From: a virus | Lineage: Duplodnaviria; Caudoviricetes | IMG/VR virus record: IMGVR_UViG_3300029822_001021 | Coordinates: 1 to 54,929 of that record | Reading direction: 5' to 3' (one strand) | DNA length: 54,929 bases | Shown here: one piece after another, positions 9,050-18,887 of the stretch | How positions within the stretch are numbered: position 1 is the stretch's first letter | Layout of the letters: each line of letters starts with the position of its first letter | Notes under the pieces: model-generated | Seen by the model: the letters and a program-made list of their open reading frames with translations, nothing else | What the model was told of the DNA's origin: nothing | The model's database searches: none | Position numbers and translations under genes: made by a program

Positions 9050-9780
9050 TACACCACCCCCCGTTTTAATATTTCGCCTGACCATTGATAGGTCTTGATC
9101 TGTCTGACCCCGCCTATAAAACCGGAAGCAGGGGGCAGGTACCGGTAGGCTTTGGAGATTAGATCACCGTCCCATATAAGCCACGTAACGGCGTTGTAGC
9201 CATAAATGCCATGTAAAAGGTTGCCCGTTTCCCCGTTATATACGCTGAAGTGGATGGCGTTCTCCGCTGTCCAGGCTCCGCTGTTTCCCGCTCTTTTGTA
9301 AGTTGGGTATAAAGAGTCTTGAATGGTTTCCCCATGCAGGTGGAAATGGTTATCAGCATCCCCGGCTTTTTTAATAATCAGCCAGTAGTAAGCGCCGCTC
9401 ACCAGGTCAGATATATCTATAGGGATGCTGAAATATCCCTTGCTGGTGGGAATAAACTCTTTGGGCAGCACCATGAATCTGAGCAACGAACCCGCCGTTG
9501 AACCGTCCGGATTAAAGCCGTCCCGCAGTTCGACCAAGAGATCAGCACCCTGACCATGCCTGATAATTTCAAAGGTCACTCTCGCGATAGCGGCAGCGGC
9601 ATCGGCTTTAAACCGCACCGCATGGTCATAACCGGCACAGTCAAATTCAGCTATGCCCGCGCCGGTTTTGCCACCAAAAGCGGTGCCTTCATAAATATGC
9701 GAGAATTCCTGCATCATCATAGCAGCATTAGCCAGGTTCTCATCGATTACGGTTCGGCCGCTTTCAGCTGCAAACAACAC
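9049..9780 (-). CDS. Tail/baseplate-associated hypothetical protein
   Basis: ORF in tail module, beta-rich; GGGGTG RBS before GTG at 9780. Confidence 0.55.
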   Translation of the reverse strand: MLFAAESGRTVIDENLANAAMMMQEFSHIYEGTAFGGKTGAGIAEFDCAGYDHAVRFKADAAAAIARVTFEIIRHGQGADLLVELRDGFNPDGSTAGSLLRFMVLPKEFIPTSKGYFSIPIDISDLVSGAYYWLIIKKAGDADNHFHLHGETIQDSLYPTYKRAGNSGAWTAENAIHFSVYNGETGNLLHGIYGYNAVTWLIWDGDLISKAYRYLPPASGFIGGVRQIKTYQWSGEILKRGVV

Positions 9781-9792
9781 AAAAATCACCCC

Positions 9793-10203
9793 CTACTGCA
9801 GAGTAAGCCTGCATTCCACTGTCAAAATCATCTGGTTTTCCTTGCCCCAGGGCACTTTTAAGAGGTTAAACATAATGCCTGAACCGGGTGCATCACTGGC
9901 GTCAGTAAAGATACAGGTCTTTTGGTGCTGCCCATTGCCTTCTCCAGACAAGAGCACCGTCCTGAAGCGGATTATGTTGCCGGATTGGGTCACCACCGAT
10001 ACCGCCTTGCGGTAAACTTCGGATATGGTATCCCCTTCGGTCGTATCATCACCAATAACGAGATAGGGGCTGGAGAGTCCGGCCAGCTTCTGGGCGGCAA
10101 TATTTAAACCTGCGCTGGTAACATAGTTTCTTAAAGGGCCGAAAACTTTGCCGTCCCCATATTCCAAGTACCATTCTGATTTAAGGCTGATAGTATCTTT
10201 CAT
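9793..10203 (-). CDS. Tail-associated protein (fibre-anchor-like)
   Basis: NYVTSAGLN...YLVIGD...EVYRKAV pattern typical of phage fibre N-terminal modules. Confidence 0.55.
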   Translation of the reverse strand: MKDTISLKSEWYLEYGDGKVFGPLRNYVTSAGLNIAAQKLAGLSSPYLVIGDDTTEGDTISEVYRKAVSVVTQSGNIIRFRTVLLSGEGNGQHQKTCIFTDASDAPGSGIMFNLLKVPWGKENQMILTVECRLTLQ

Positions 10204-10204
10204 G

Positions 10205-10546
10205 TCACACCACCCCGTATTGGCCCAGAACCACCGTCAGGCCAACCAGCGAGTCGGCTTCATCTGGCGATTTGTAGTTAAAGACCTGCACGTTGGCTTT
10301 TTGATAGGTCCTGAATTTGATAAAGCCCGGGAAAGGTACTGTTACAGCTTCGGAAAAGTCCACATCCGCCCATGGGCTCCACTGGCTGCCATCAATACTT
10401 GTTGATATCTGCAACCCCCTAGGCAATGACTTAGCTTGGGTCTGGGGATAGATGCGGGCCAGGCTGCCAATAGTGGGGACAGCTTGGCTCTCCGGTTGCG
10501 GGATGTGTTCAAGCCCCCACTTATGCATTTCCCATATCATAGCCAT
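10205..10546 (-). CDS. Hypothetical tail protein
   Basis: Tightly packed ORF with AGGAG RBS. Confidence 0.6.
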   Translation of the reverse strand: MAMIWEMHKWGLEHIPQPESQAVPTIGSLARIYPQTQAKSLPRGLQISTSIDGSQWSPWADVDFSEAVTVPFPGFIKFRTYQKANVQVFNYKSPDEADSLVGLTVVLGQYGVV

Positions 10547-10557
10547 AGCCTAACCTC

Positions 10558-11169
10558 CTATGTGATATCCTCAGCTGTAATCACCGCCAGTATTGACCAT
10601 AGGCCGACACTGGTGTTGGTTATCTGTTTGATACTGAAACCTTCTCCTGGCCGTATACATAAAGGCTTAACGTCCATTCCCCGGGGGATCATATTGAAAT
10701 CCAGCAAAGGAGTGGCATTAAGGGTCAGAGGTATTTCATCGTTATTAAGAGTTACCGGCCACAGCAAGGCACCTTCAGCAATGGTGGCTCCGGTAGCAAT
10801 ATGAATTGTCGCTGTCAAGTTAACATCGGCAGTGTCAGCTTTTTGCGGGGTTATAACCGTACCGCCGCTCTGACTGGTGGTACGCATAAAATCCAGTTCC
10901 ACCCCTACCCCGGAAACCGATGTCAGTGACATGTTGACAATGGATAGCCTAGGGACCCGAATTAAATACCCGCTGCCCGCATCGTTATATATGGAAAACA
11001 AGTGCTTGTTTTGCGCCAAAGAAACGCTGCGCGCTAAACAATAAAAGGTAGGAAGCCCTTGCAGGGCCACATACTGCTCATAGCCAGCTGTGCCTTCAAT
11101 CGCCCGATAGCGCGCGTTTAACTTTTTCCCGGTGCTGTCGGGTGGGACTTGAATATATCCGCCAGCCAT
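10558..11169 (-). CDS. Hypothetical tail protein
   Basis: Tightly packed ORF with AGGAGG RBS. Confidence 0.6.
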   Translation of the reverse strand: MAGGYIQVPPDSTGKKLNARYRAIEGTAGYEQYVALQGLPTFYCLARSVSLAQNKHLFSIYNDAGSGYLIRVPRLSIVNMSLTSVSGVGVELDFMRTTSQSGGTVITPQKADTADVNLTATIHIATGATIAEGALLWPVTLNNDEIPLTLNATPLLDFNMIPRGMDVKPLCIRPGEGFSIKQITNTSVGLWSILAVITAEDIT

Positions 11170-11173
11170 TACA

Positions 11174-12586
11174 TCAACCTCCTATCATTACTGCGCTGCT
11201 TGCACAGCTTTCGACCAACCAGGGCCGGTTTCTGCCTGCTGTAAGCAGCGCATCTTTTATCACTATGGCTTCGGTTCCATAAACGAACTTATGGATCAGT
11301 TTGGTGTCGTTCATTTTTTTCTTCTGCTGGGCGGAGACCAGGGCTTTAAGAAAATCGGCTATCCCTAAGAGACGTCCGCCGTATTCTATGGTGTATATCC
11401 AAAGACCGGCTTCACTTAAGGAGATTCCCACCTTTTGTACCAGGAAAACTGCGTTCACACCTCGTTCGGGAAGCTCAATGCTTACTAACTGTCCCGGTTC
11501 CCATCCCGGCACTGTGGTGATGAAACTGCCGCTGGTCTTAGGATTAGCCCATTCCCTAAGGTCGGCATTTCCGGCCGCTTCAGCTGCTTCAATGGTGATC
11601 AGGGTATCGTCTTTGATATAGTGCTCATACACCCCATCGCCGCCTTCCAGGGCGGCAATCGAAGCCTGGCTGGCCAAATCATCTACTACGGTAATGACAT
11701 CAATGCTTTGCCGGGCGGTAAGCGAAATGGTCACGCCACTCTCGGGCGTATCAGTATCAACTGAACAGCGCAGGTAGCCGTCGCCGAGGTTTACCAGATA
11801 ATCCTTGGCATCTTCTTCATCCACACCCTCAACACCGACGCTTTTCACAGTACCGCCCACCTGCAAGCTACATTCATTAGGAACCCAGGGGAGCACCCAG
11901 ATACGAGCCGCACCGTCTGCCTTCCATTCGATGGTCTGCGGATCGGACAGCATGCTGCCGCCCAAAACATATACGCGGTTGCGCAGTCCCTGGTGGTCGA
12001 TACTTACCTTGAAATTGCTAAACCGGCCCCCAGGCTGCAAGGTCATGGGAGCGGAAGTTCCCATTTGGGCAGGATCAAAAAAATGGACCACCTTGTAGTA
12101 GTCCACATACCACTGCCAGCCGATATAGTCGCACAGCCACTTCATACATTCCGACGGCATTTTGTAGTTGAATTCGGTGCCGGTAGACTCGATTACCGGT
12201 GCACCGCTGGCTATCCCCGCCGCCGAAAAACTGGGACAATACTTAAGCAGGATGTCGCGTACAATAGCGTCAGCACTTAAGCCCAGATAAGTTTCCACCA
12301 CCAGCTTTTTATCCATCTGCAAGGTATAGTCCTGGCAGTCAACTTTCCACACCAGAGGAGCCTTATAATTCATCAGTTCCACCCGGTCGATGGTCCCGGC
12401 AAAGAGCCGAGGCTCTGTAAGACCGCTATCCTCGATGATGACTTCACTGCCCTGCAGGGGTTTTGATCCCTTAACCAAAAACGAGCAGCTGTCTACCTGA
12501 CTGGTAAGGATTTGGCTGATATTAAGGCTCCCCCGGCGATAGTCCGGCCAGCGCTCCATCCCGGCAATCTTAAGGCTTTTAGCCAC
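11174..12586 (-). CDS. Tail tip/hub protein
   Basis: Directly after TMP; LFAGTID, WQWYVD, NRVYVLGG, EPGQLV motifs of hub-like tail proteins; GTG start overlaps TMP end. Confidence 0.7.
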   Translation of the reverse strand: MAKSLKIAGMERWPDYRRGSLNISQILTSQVDSCSFLVKGSKPLQGSEVIIEDSGLTEPRLFAGTIDRVELMNYKAPLVWKVDCQDYTLQMDKKLVVETYLGLSADAIVRDILLKYCPSFSAAGIASGAPVIESTGTEFNYKMPSECMKWLCDYIGWQWYVDYYKVVHFFDPAQMGTSAPMTLQPGGRFSNFKVSIDHQGLRNRVYVLGGSMLSDPQTIEWKADGAARIWVLPWVPNECSLQVGGTVKSVGVEGVDEEDAKDYLVNLGDGYLRCSVDTDTPESGVTISLTARQSIDVITVVDDLASQASIAALEGGDGVYEHYIKDDTLITIEAAEAAGNADLREWANPKTSGSFITTVPGWEPGQLVSIELPERGVNAVFLVQKVGISLSEAGLWIYTIEYGGRLLGIADFLKALVSAQQKKKMNDTKLIHKFVYGTEAIVIKDALLTAGRNRPWLVESCASSAVMIGG

Positions 12587-15500
12587 TGAAACGCACCCCC
12601 TTGGCCAAGAGCGTCCGGTAAATCTGTTCGCCCACATCGGCGGTGCCGCCATTGAACGTTATATTGATTTTGTTGATGGTGGTCGAGCTGTTACTTGTTG
12701 AATTAGCGGCAACCGTACCCAAGGCTAAAGGGGCAACTCCTGCTAAAGCACTCTGCAAGTCAAGACCTCTTAAATTATTTTTTAAGCTGCTATAGGCGGC
12801 CGTTATATCAACCACCCCGATTTTTATCTTGTCTACTAAAGAGGGGGAATTGCGCTGATTGGGGTCCATGCCTGAGCCCATGATGCTTCGCACTTCATCC
12901 ATGACACTTTGCAAGGCGCTCATCCTCGACTTTATGCCCCGGATTAACTCACTCATAGCCTGGATGCCATACCCGGCCGATTTTTTGACTATTTCCTCAT
13001 ACTTCTTTTCGATGGTGGCGATAGTCTCAGCGGCGTTCTTTTTAATTTCGCCGTTCTTTTCCTCCCAGGCCTTTTTGTATCTGGCCAGCTCCTCATCGGC
13101 CTTGGCTTTCATTTCCATGAGTTTGTTCTGCATTTCGATAGTCTGCTGGGTAAGTTGGTTCTGGGTTTCCAGCCTGATCTCACTTAAGCGCTGGCTTAGC
13201 TCAACCCGGGCCTGACGCATCTCGATATTGGCTTCCGCCCGGGCCTGAGCGTTTTTGGTTTTCCAAAGGCTTACATATTGATTAAGCTCATCAGTTGTCA
13301 AGGTATTTAACGCCGCGACCTGAGGAGCCGCCTTGACCCCCATCTGCCGAAGCTCGTCAATCAGTCCTTCGTCGACTCCCTTGGCGGCCAGTGACTTTAA
13401 GTTGGCCTGCCAGCTATCAAACTGACTAACCTGGTCCTCCAGATTACCAAGCAAGGACTTGCCTGATACTTTTTGTGGCTTCACTTCATCAAAAAGCCCG
13501 ATCTGGTTTTTGATGGACTCCACCTTGGCTGCATAGCTCTGCTCAAAAGCTTCGATGGCCTGGGTTTCTTTCTCTAAACCTGCTGCCGTAATAGCGGCTA
13601 ATTTATCGGACAGTTCCTGCTGCAAGGCGATTTCATCCTGGGCCAGTTTGCTTTTGACTTCCCGGCACTGGTCGGCGTACTCTTTTTCCGCTTCCAGCAG
13701 CTTGGCATTGGTTTCAGCCGTTATTTTTTCCAGGCTGTTCTTCATATCGACCAAGGTGGCAATAATGTCGGATACCGATCCTTCTATAAAGGACATTCCT
13801 TCTTGCATGCCGGTACTCAAGCCTTCGCTGATATTAAGGCCATATTCGCGCATGACCTGGGAGGGGGAGCGGATGGATAGGGCTTCTTTGATTTTGTTTT
13901 TTACCGTCTCGGCAATTTCCCCGGCGATTTCCCTGACTTTCTCAATCCGGCCTTTAATCCCGTCAATAAGGCCCTGAATAATATGAGTACCTATTTCCAG
14001 CAGCGTGTTGTGCAGGGTTCTTAGACCCTCGAAAGCGTTGACCACCACTGTCTTAATCCCATTCCACAGGGTGATGAAAATGTTTTTGATATGCTCCCAG
14101 GCCCCTTGCCAGTCTCCCTGCAAGACATCCAGGAAAAAGCCGAAGGCGTTTACAATCACTTCCGCCGCAGTCTGAAATACCGCCTTGATAATGTTCCAGA
14201 TATTGGTAAATACCACAGTGATATCTTTACCCCATTTGTCCCAGAACACTTTAATGGCGGTTCCGGCTTTGGCGATAATGTTCCCAATATCCGCCCAGAT
14301 TTCCTTGACCATGTTACGAAAGTCTTCATTGTTCTGCCAAAGCTCCTTGATAGCTAAGATTATCCCGGCAATAACGGCTGCGGCGATACCAATAGGACCG
14401 GTTAAGGCGGTAAAAGCCGCCCCCAAAGCTGCGGTAACCCCACCGGCGCTGGCGATAGCGGCTGCAGCTGTACCAACTACCCCGGAGATGGCCCCGGCGG
14501 CGGTGACCAGCTGACCGATAATGAGGACAACCGGGCCTATGGCGGCAGCCAACCCTGCCACAACCAGAATGGTTTTTTGAACGCTGGGACTTAAAGCACC
14601 AAATCTTTGCACCAGTTCATTTAATCTCTGGATTAATGGGGTTATAACCGGCAGGATATGCTGTCCCATGGTAGCCCCTAGCTCTTTTATGCTTTCGGAG
14701 AAAACCCGCATCTGGTTAGCCGTTCCCGCCCCGGTTCTCTCGAAATCCCCCTGGGCGTTCTTGGTCATGGCCAGGACATAGTTGTACCTGAGTTGGGTCT
14801 GCTCCGCCTGATTCATATCCTGGATCTTCTTTTTAATCCCCTGGCTGTAGGCGTATTCCTGCAGGTTGGCCTGGGTCATAACAATGCCTAATTCTTTTAA
14901 AGATTCGGTCTCGCCGGTAAATACCGACTTTAAAGCGGTATCCGCTATGTCGATGCTGATATTCTTAAAACTGGACAGATCTCCGGCCAAACCCACCAGG
15001 GTCTTGCTCATTTCTTCCGCCTGCGCGGTGTTAAGCCCCAAGCTGGTGGCCATATCCCCATAGGTAGCAGCCATATCCAGGGCAGTGCCCCTGGCGATGC
15101 CATAGCGTTCCAGGGTGGTATCGCTCCAGTTCTTAACGCCTTCAGCGTTATCCTGAAAGGCTACTTCCACCTTGTTTAGAGCTTCATTGGTATCTGAGGC
15201 TAGTTTCACCGCTGCGGTTCCGGCGGCTGCAAGCGGTGCGGTAACCGCTAGGGACATTCCCTGACCGGCACTGGTGATGCTGCTGCCCGCTGCTTTTAAT
15301 TTCTGGCTTGCTTCTTCGGCCTTTTTAGAGAGCTTGGTCCAGGCGGAAGCTTGCAGTTCCAGTTCCTTGGCCGTATTTTTTAGGGAGTGTTCCATATTGG
15401 CCAGAACCTTTTCGGCCTGCAGCATTTTGATCCGCAGTTTTTCCACCGCCACCGCATCCTGCTCAGTGCTGCCCGCCGCTTTGTCATAAGCATCTTTTAA

Positions 15501-15722
15501 AGCGGCAACTTTCTGCCTTTGCACCTCAGCCTGCTTGTTTAAGTATTCAACTTTTAATTTAAGTTGGTCGGCGGCGCTACCCATATCACCCATCTTGGCG
15601 GCCGCTGCCTGAAATTCAGCCCTAGCCAGCTTAAGCGACTGATCCAATTCTTTCATGCCCTGATTAAAGCCGGTGTTGTCCAGGCCGACTTTGACCAGCA
15701 GTTCACCGATGGTTTCTGCCAA
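12579..15722 (-). CDS. Tail tape measure protein
   Basis: 1047 aa, helical Ala-rich, hydrophobic stretch and W/F-spaced repeats (LQGDWQGAWEHIKNIF). Confidence 0.92.
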   Translation of the reverse strand: MAETIGELLVKVGLDNTGFNQGMKELDQSLKLARAEFQAAAAKMGDMGSAADQLKLKVEYLNKQAEVQRQKVAALKDAYDKAAGSTEQDAVAVEKLRIKMLQAEKVLANMEHSLKNTAKELELQASAWTKLSKKAEEASQKLKAAGSSITSAGQGMSLAVTAPLAAAGTAAVKLASDTNEALNKVEVAFQDNAEGVKNWSDTTLERYGIARGTALDMAATYGDMATSLGLNTAQAEEMSKTLVGLAGDLSSFKNISIDIADTALKSVFTGETESLKELGIVMTQANLQEYAYSQGIKKKIQDMNQAEQTQLRYNYVLAMTKNAQGDFERTGAGTANQMRVFSESIKELGATMGQHILPVITPLIQRLNELVQRFGALSPSVQKTILVVAGLAAAIGPVVLIIGQLVTAAGAISGVVGTAAAAIASAGGVTAALGAAFTALTGPIGIAAAVIAGIILAIKELWQNNEDFRNMVKEIWADIGNIIAKAGTAIKVFWDKWGKDITVVFTNIWNIIKAVFQTAAEVIVNAFGFFLDVLQGDWQGAWEHIKNIFITLWNGIKTVVVNAFEGLRTLHNTLLEIGTHIIQGLIDGIKGRIEKVREIAGEIAETVKNKIKEALSIRSPSQVMREYGLNISEGLSTGMQEGMSFIEGSVSDIIATLVDMKNSLEKITAETNAKLLEAEKEYADQCREVKSKLAQDEIALQQELSDKLAAITAAGLEKETQAIEAFEQSYAAKVESIKNQIGLFDEVKPQKVSGKSLLGNLEDQVSQFDSWQANLKSLAAKGVDEGLIDELRQMGVKAAPQVAALNTLTTDELNQYVSLWKTKNAQARAEANIEMRQARVELSQRLSEIRLETQNQLTQQTIEMQNKLMEMKAKADEELARYKKAWEEKNGEIKKNAAETIATIEKKYEEIVKKSAGYGIQAMSELIRGIKSRMSALQSVMDEVRSIMGSGMDPNQRNSPSLVDKIKIGVVDITAAYSSLKNNLRGLDLQSALAGVAPLALGTVAANSTSNSSTTINKINITFNGGTADVGEQIYRTLLAKGVRFSG

Positions 15723-15736
15723 TTGTTCTCACCCCC

Positions 15737-16239
15737 TTACCAAATATCATCAATGTACCCGCTAGGATTGTTTTCAGCTTCGTTAACTACAGAGCCAACA
15801 ATGAGCAGATCCCAGAACATATCGAGCGTCATGGCGTCAATCTGGTTCGGGAGCCAGTGGTAGCTTTGGGCCAGGCTTAAATAGAAATACACCACCATTT
15901 GATAAGCCGACAGATGGCTTAGGTCAGGTCCGTCGGCGGGATTTACTTTGGGAGTTCTGCCATCTTGCGGCTGACTGCCTCGGCCACCCAGCTGGCAATC
16001 TGGTAAAAGAGAGGGACAAACTCATCCAGGTCCAGTTCTTCTTCAATAACCTCAGCGCTTATTTCCGGGTGATTAAAGGCAGCGGCGATCAAGCGTTCCA
16101 TCTCGCTTAGAGCTTCCTCATCGCCTTGCTCTTTATCGCCGAATTTATCCTTGAATTTGGTCACTTCGCGCCAGAGCTTGACCTTGGGCGGCGGCGCGGT
16201 GTATGTCTTTCCTTTAAGGGTAATCTTGGGGTTCTCCAT
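15737..16239 (-). CDS. Tail assembly chaperone G-T (-1 frameshift product)
   Basis: C CCA AAG slippery heptamer at 15946-15952; the -1 frame stays open to TAA at 15737 (...HWLPNQIDAM...YIDDIW). Confidence 0.8.
15943..16239 (-). CDS. Tail assembly chaperone G
   Basis: Small acidic ORF between major tail and TMP. Confidence 0.8.
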   Translation of the reverse strand: MENPKITLKGKTYTAPPPKVKLWREVTKFKDKFGDKEQGDEEALSEMERLIAAAFNHPEISAEVIEEELDLDEFVPLFYQIASWVAEAVSRKMAELPK

Positions 16240-16267
16240 CGATATCCCTCCCTGTGTGATAGCGGTA

Positions 16268-16299
16268 CAAAAACCGCCCTGATTGGCTTAAACGGCGGT
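16268..16299 (-). terminator. Terminator-like hairpin after major tail gene
   Basis: ACCGCC/GGCGGT stem then TTTTG. Confidence 0.5.
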
Positions 16300-17172
16300 G
16301 GTGAAGCTGCCGATTGAGGCCGTGGCCAGGTTTTGGCCATAAATATCCCTGACACCCTGCGTGCATACCATGATGTAATCCGCGCCAGGGGCTAAATTGC
16401 TGGCCGGATTAAAAGTCACCACCTTGTGTTCCGTATCAATACTAAGGACTCCAGCAGCCAAAGACCCATCATCAGCCTTCAGTAAGATAAAATTGGCGGC
16501 GGTTACATCGGTAGCCTGGATGGCGTTGGCAAAGGTCCAGGTCAAGTTTGCGTCTGCCGCCACTCCGCTGGCCCCATCCACCGGACTTATTGTCACCGTC
16601 AAAGGGCCGGGGGCCGCTCCGTCCACCGCCGTAAACCAATTAATGCCGGTTGAAACTGCCCAATCGGGATGATCCTCATCGCCGATCTTCTGCCAGGCGT
16701 TGTCAAAGGTGCGTTTAATAAATGTCCCCTTGATTTTGGGGGTCTGAAATTTGGGCTTATCCTCCGCAGTCTGGTACTCCTGCTCTTGCAGGGCGAATTT
16801 CCCTTTATACAGCCATACATAGCGGTAGCTGCCGTTGCTCTTTTTGGACTTGAATCCTAAAGCCACATAGGGCGCGGTGTCGGTTGACTTTTTGATCAGC
16901 ACCCCGCCAGTGACGCTGTGCCCCAAAAGGGCCGCCTGGGTGTTGAGGTCAATGTCTTTAGCCTCAAACTCCACATCGATTTCCCCCAGCGAGGTGACGG
17001 TTTCATCAGGCCCGTCGTCGCAGTACAGGGTTTCTGTATTGCTCTTGGGACTTATTTTGGCGTTGATAGCCCCGGCTATGGCCACCGGGCTGTTATATGT
17101 CGCTCCCAAAGGCGTATCGCTGGTAAGAACCGCGTAATACAGGCTGTTTAAGCCTACTTGTACCCCTGCCAT
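16288..17172 (-). CDS. Major tail protein (phi13-like) with C-terminal Ig-like domain
   Basis: GLNSLYYA, APYVALGF, YVWLYKGKF; C-terminal SPVDGASGV...VTFNPASNL Big-like domain. Confidence 0.88.
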   Translation of the reverse strand: MAGVQVGLNSLYYAVLTSDTPLGATYNSPVAIAGAINAKISPKSNTETLYCDDGPDETVTSLGEIDVEFEAKDIDLNTQAALLGHSVTGGVLIKKSTDTAPYVALGFKSKKSNGSYRYVWLYKGKFALQEQEYQTAEDKPKFQTPKIKGTFIKRTFDNAWQKIGDEDHPDWAVSTGINWFTAVDGAAPGPLTVTISPVDGASGVAADANLTWTFANAIQATDVTAANFILLKADDGSLAAGVLSIDTEHKVVTFNPASNLAPGADYIMVCTQGVRDIYGQNLATASIGSFTTAV

Positions 17173-17175
17173 TTT

Positions 17176-17544
17176 TTAACCTCCTTCAACTTCCCGCTCA
17201 GTCACATACCTGAGCGCTTTGTGATATATTCCGGTATCGTCTTCATAAAGATCGGCGCTGCTAGTTCTTTTAAAGCCTAATGATTTCATGGTTTTGTCCA
17301 CCTCGGCAGCAATAGGGGAGGTGCTGGCTGCTTTTACCCACACATCCACTTGCAGGTGCACCTCAGCCATAAAAGCAGTGCCGTCTGCCCAGGCGGAATC
17401 GAAATTGGTTAACTCAAACAAAGTAATGTATTTACCTAAACCCTCCGGTGCTTTCAGCTGGTAGATATAAGGCCCGCCCAATAAAGCCAGCAGATCGGTG
17501 TTTCCCTCCAAAGCCGCCAGGACTTCCGGTTTGACATTGATCAT
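17176..17544 (-). CDS. Tail completion/terminator protein
   Basis: Position; LQVDVW and YHKALRY motifs. Confidence 0.7.
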   Translation of the reverse strand: MINVKPEVLAALEGNTDLLALLGGPYIYQLKAPEGLGKYITLFELTNFDSAWADGTAFMAEVHLQVDVWVKAASTSPIAAEVDKTMKSLGFKRTSSADLYEDDTGIYHKALRYVTEREVEGG

Positions 17545-17924
17545 AGGTCAAGCCCCGCTTTCAAGGTCTGCCTGATGGTTTCCAGCACCTGTTTTCTACT
17601 TTCGGCTTGAGCCGGACCCATAAAAGGGCGGGCGGTCATCTTGGAGGTGCCGTACTCCAGAAATTTGCCATAAAAAAAGGGAGCCGTTGGCCCCACCTCC
17701 ACGTATTTGCCGTTTTCATCCTGCTTTGGTTCGCAAATCACGATATTGTCGGCCAGATGCTCCTTAGCCTTTAAACTGCGCGGCGCTTTTTGGCTGGCGT
17801 TTTCCTGAACGATCTTGGCCCCGGCATAAAGGGCCTGGTTCTCTGCCGGAGCGGCTCTTTGCCCCAGTTCCTTTAGCCTATCTAAAATCTCATCCATACC
17901 TTCCAGGGTCAGATTACCCGCCAC
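17541..17924 (-). CDS. HK97 gp10-like morphogenesis protein
   Basis: FLEYGTSKMTARPFM motif. Confidence 0.88.
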   Translation of the reverse strand: MAGNLTLEGMDEILDRLKELGQRAAPAENQALYAGAKIVQENASQKAPRSLKAKEHLADNIVICEPKQDENGKYVEVGPTAPFFYGKFLEYGTSKMTARPFMGPAQAESRKQVLETIRQTLKAGLDL

Positions 17925-18252
17925 CGGGGATCACCTCCTTGCACATCAGTTCGATTACGTGGTGCCGCTCGTCCTTATCGATTACCGACAGAATTTGAAA
18001 TACCCGGGAGCCATATAATACCCGCATGGAAGTAGTTAGCCCGGTTCGGTAGCGGATTTTAATCCGGGTGGTGACTTCCGACTGCAAGGCCCCCGCCTGG
18101 AAATATTCTTTACCCGATATGTCCGAAACTGCTGCCCACACTATGGCTACTGTAGTCCAGTTTTCTAGGGGGATGCCTTCTGATTTTGTGATAGTCTTGG
18201 CCTGCAAGGCAATACGCTGCCGCATCTGACCCATTAAATCGCGCTTCTTCAT
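17914..18252 (-). CDS. Head closure protein (SPP1 gp16-like)
   Basis: RQRIALQ...VWAAV...GKEYF...IRYR motifs. Confidence 0.85.
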   Translation of the reverse strand: MKKRDLMGQMRQRIALQAKTITKSEGIPLENWTTVAIVWAAVSDISGKEYFQAGALQSEVTTRIKIRYRTGLTTSMRVLYGSRVFQILSVIDKDERHHVIELMCKEVIPGGG

Positions 18253-18254
18253 AA

Positions 18255-18539
18255 TTACCACCCTTCTCGGCGGTAGGCGAATAAGAGCCTGGTCATAAAC
18301 TCAATTAATGCTTTCATGTCGACTGCTTCCCGTAGTTCATAAAGATTGCCGATAGCATAGAGTAGGGCTTGTTTAACTGTTTCCGGCACCTCGGTAAATT
18401 CGGTCAGGGGAAAGCGCAGAATGTCCTGGCATAGCTCCTCGGCGGCACCTATGAGATCGGTGATGAGCGTATTGTCTTCATCACCGTCTACTTTTAGATA
18501 CAGTTTTACTTCCTCCAAAGAAAGCACCAATACGCCCAC
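18255..18539 (-). CDS. Head-tail connector (HK97 gp6-like)
   Basis: LEEVKLYLKVDGDED...YELRE motif. Confidence 0.85.
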   Translation of the reverse strand: MGVLVLSLEEVKLYLKVDGDEDNTLITDLIGAAEELCQDILRFPLTEFTEVPETVKQALLYAIGNLYELREAVDMKALIEFMTRLLFAYRREGW

Positions 18540-18548
18540 CGCCTTTCA

Positions 18549-18878
18549 TTACTCGGCTGCCATAAGTCCCGCGGCTTTAAGCTTAGCGAGGAGGGCATTG
18601 AAGTCGGTCACCACTTCGGCCACTTCGGTTGCAATACTGTCGGCCTGATTGGCAGCGGTCTTGGCAGCTATAGCATCATTTAAAACCTTGCCCTGCTTAG
18701 CCGACAGGGCACTGGTAGCTGAGGTTGAGTCAAGGGCATCAACCACCGGGACGGATAAGATCCCTTCAATTGTTGCACCTTCCGCAATTGTCAGCTTACC
18801 GCTGGCCGCAATCTCAAGCGATCCGCCAATGACGGTTTTCTCGCCGCCTTGCTCAGTGTAGTTTTTTACATTGCTCAT
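18549..18878 (-). CDS. Head fibre/decoration-like protein
   Basis: NYTEQGGEKTVIGG and DFNALLAKLKAAGLM motifs after capsid gene. Confidence 0.7.
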   Translation of the reverse strand: MSNVKNYTEQGGEKTVIGGSLEIAASGKLTIAEGATIEGILSVPVVDALDSTSATSALSAKQGKVLNDAIAAKTAANQADSIATEVAEVVTDFNALLAKLKAAGLMAAE

Positions 18879-18887
18879 AACTCACAC

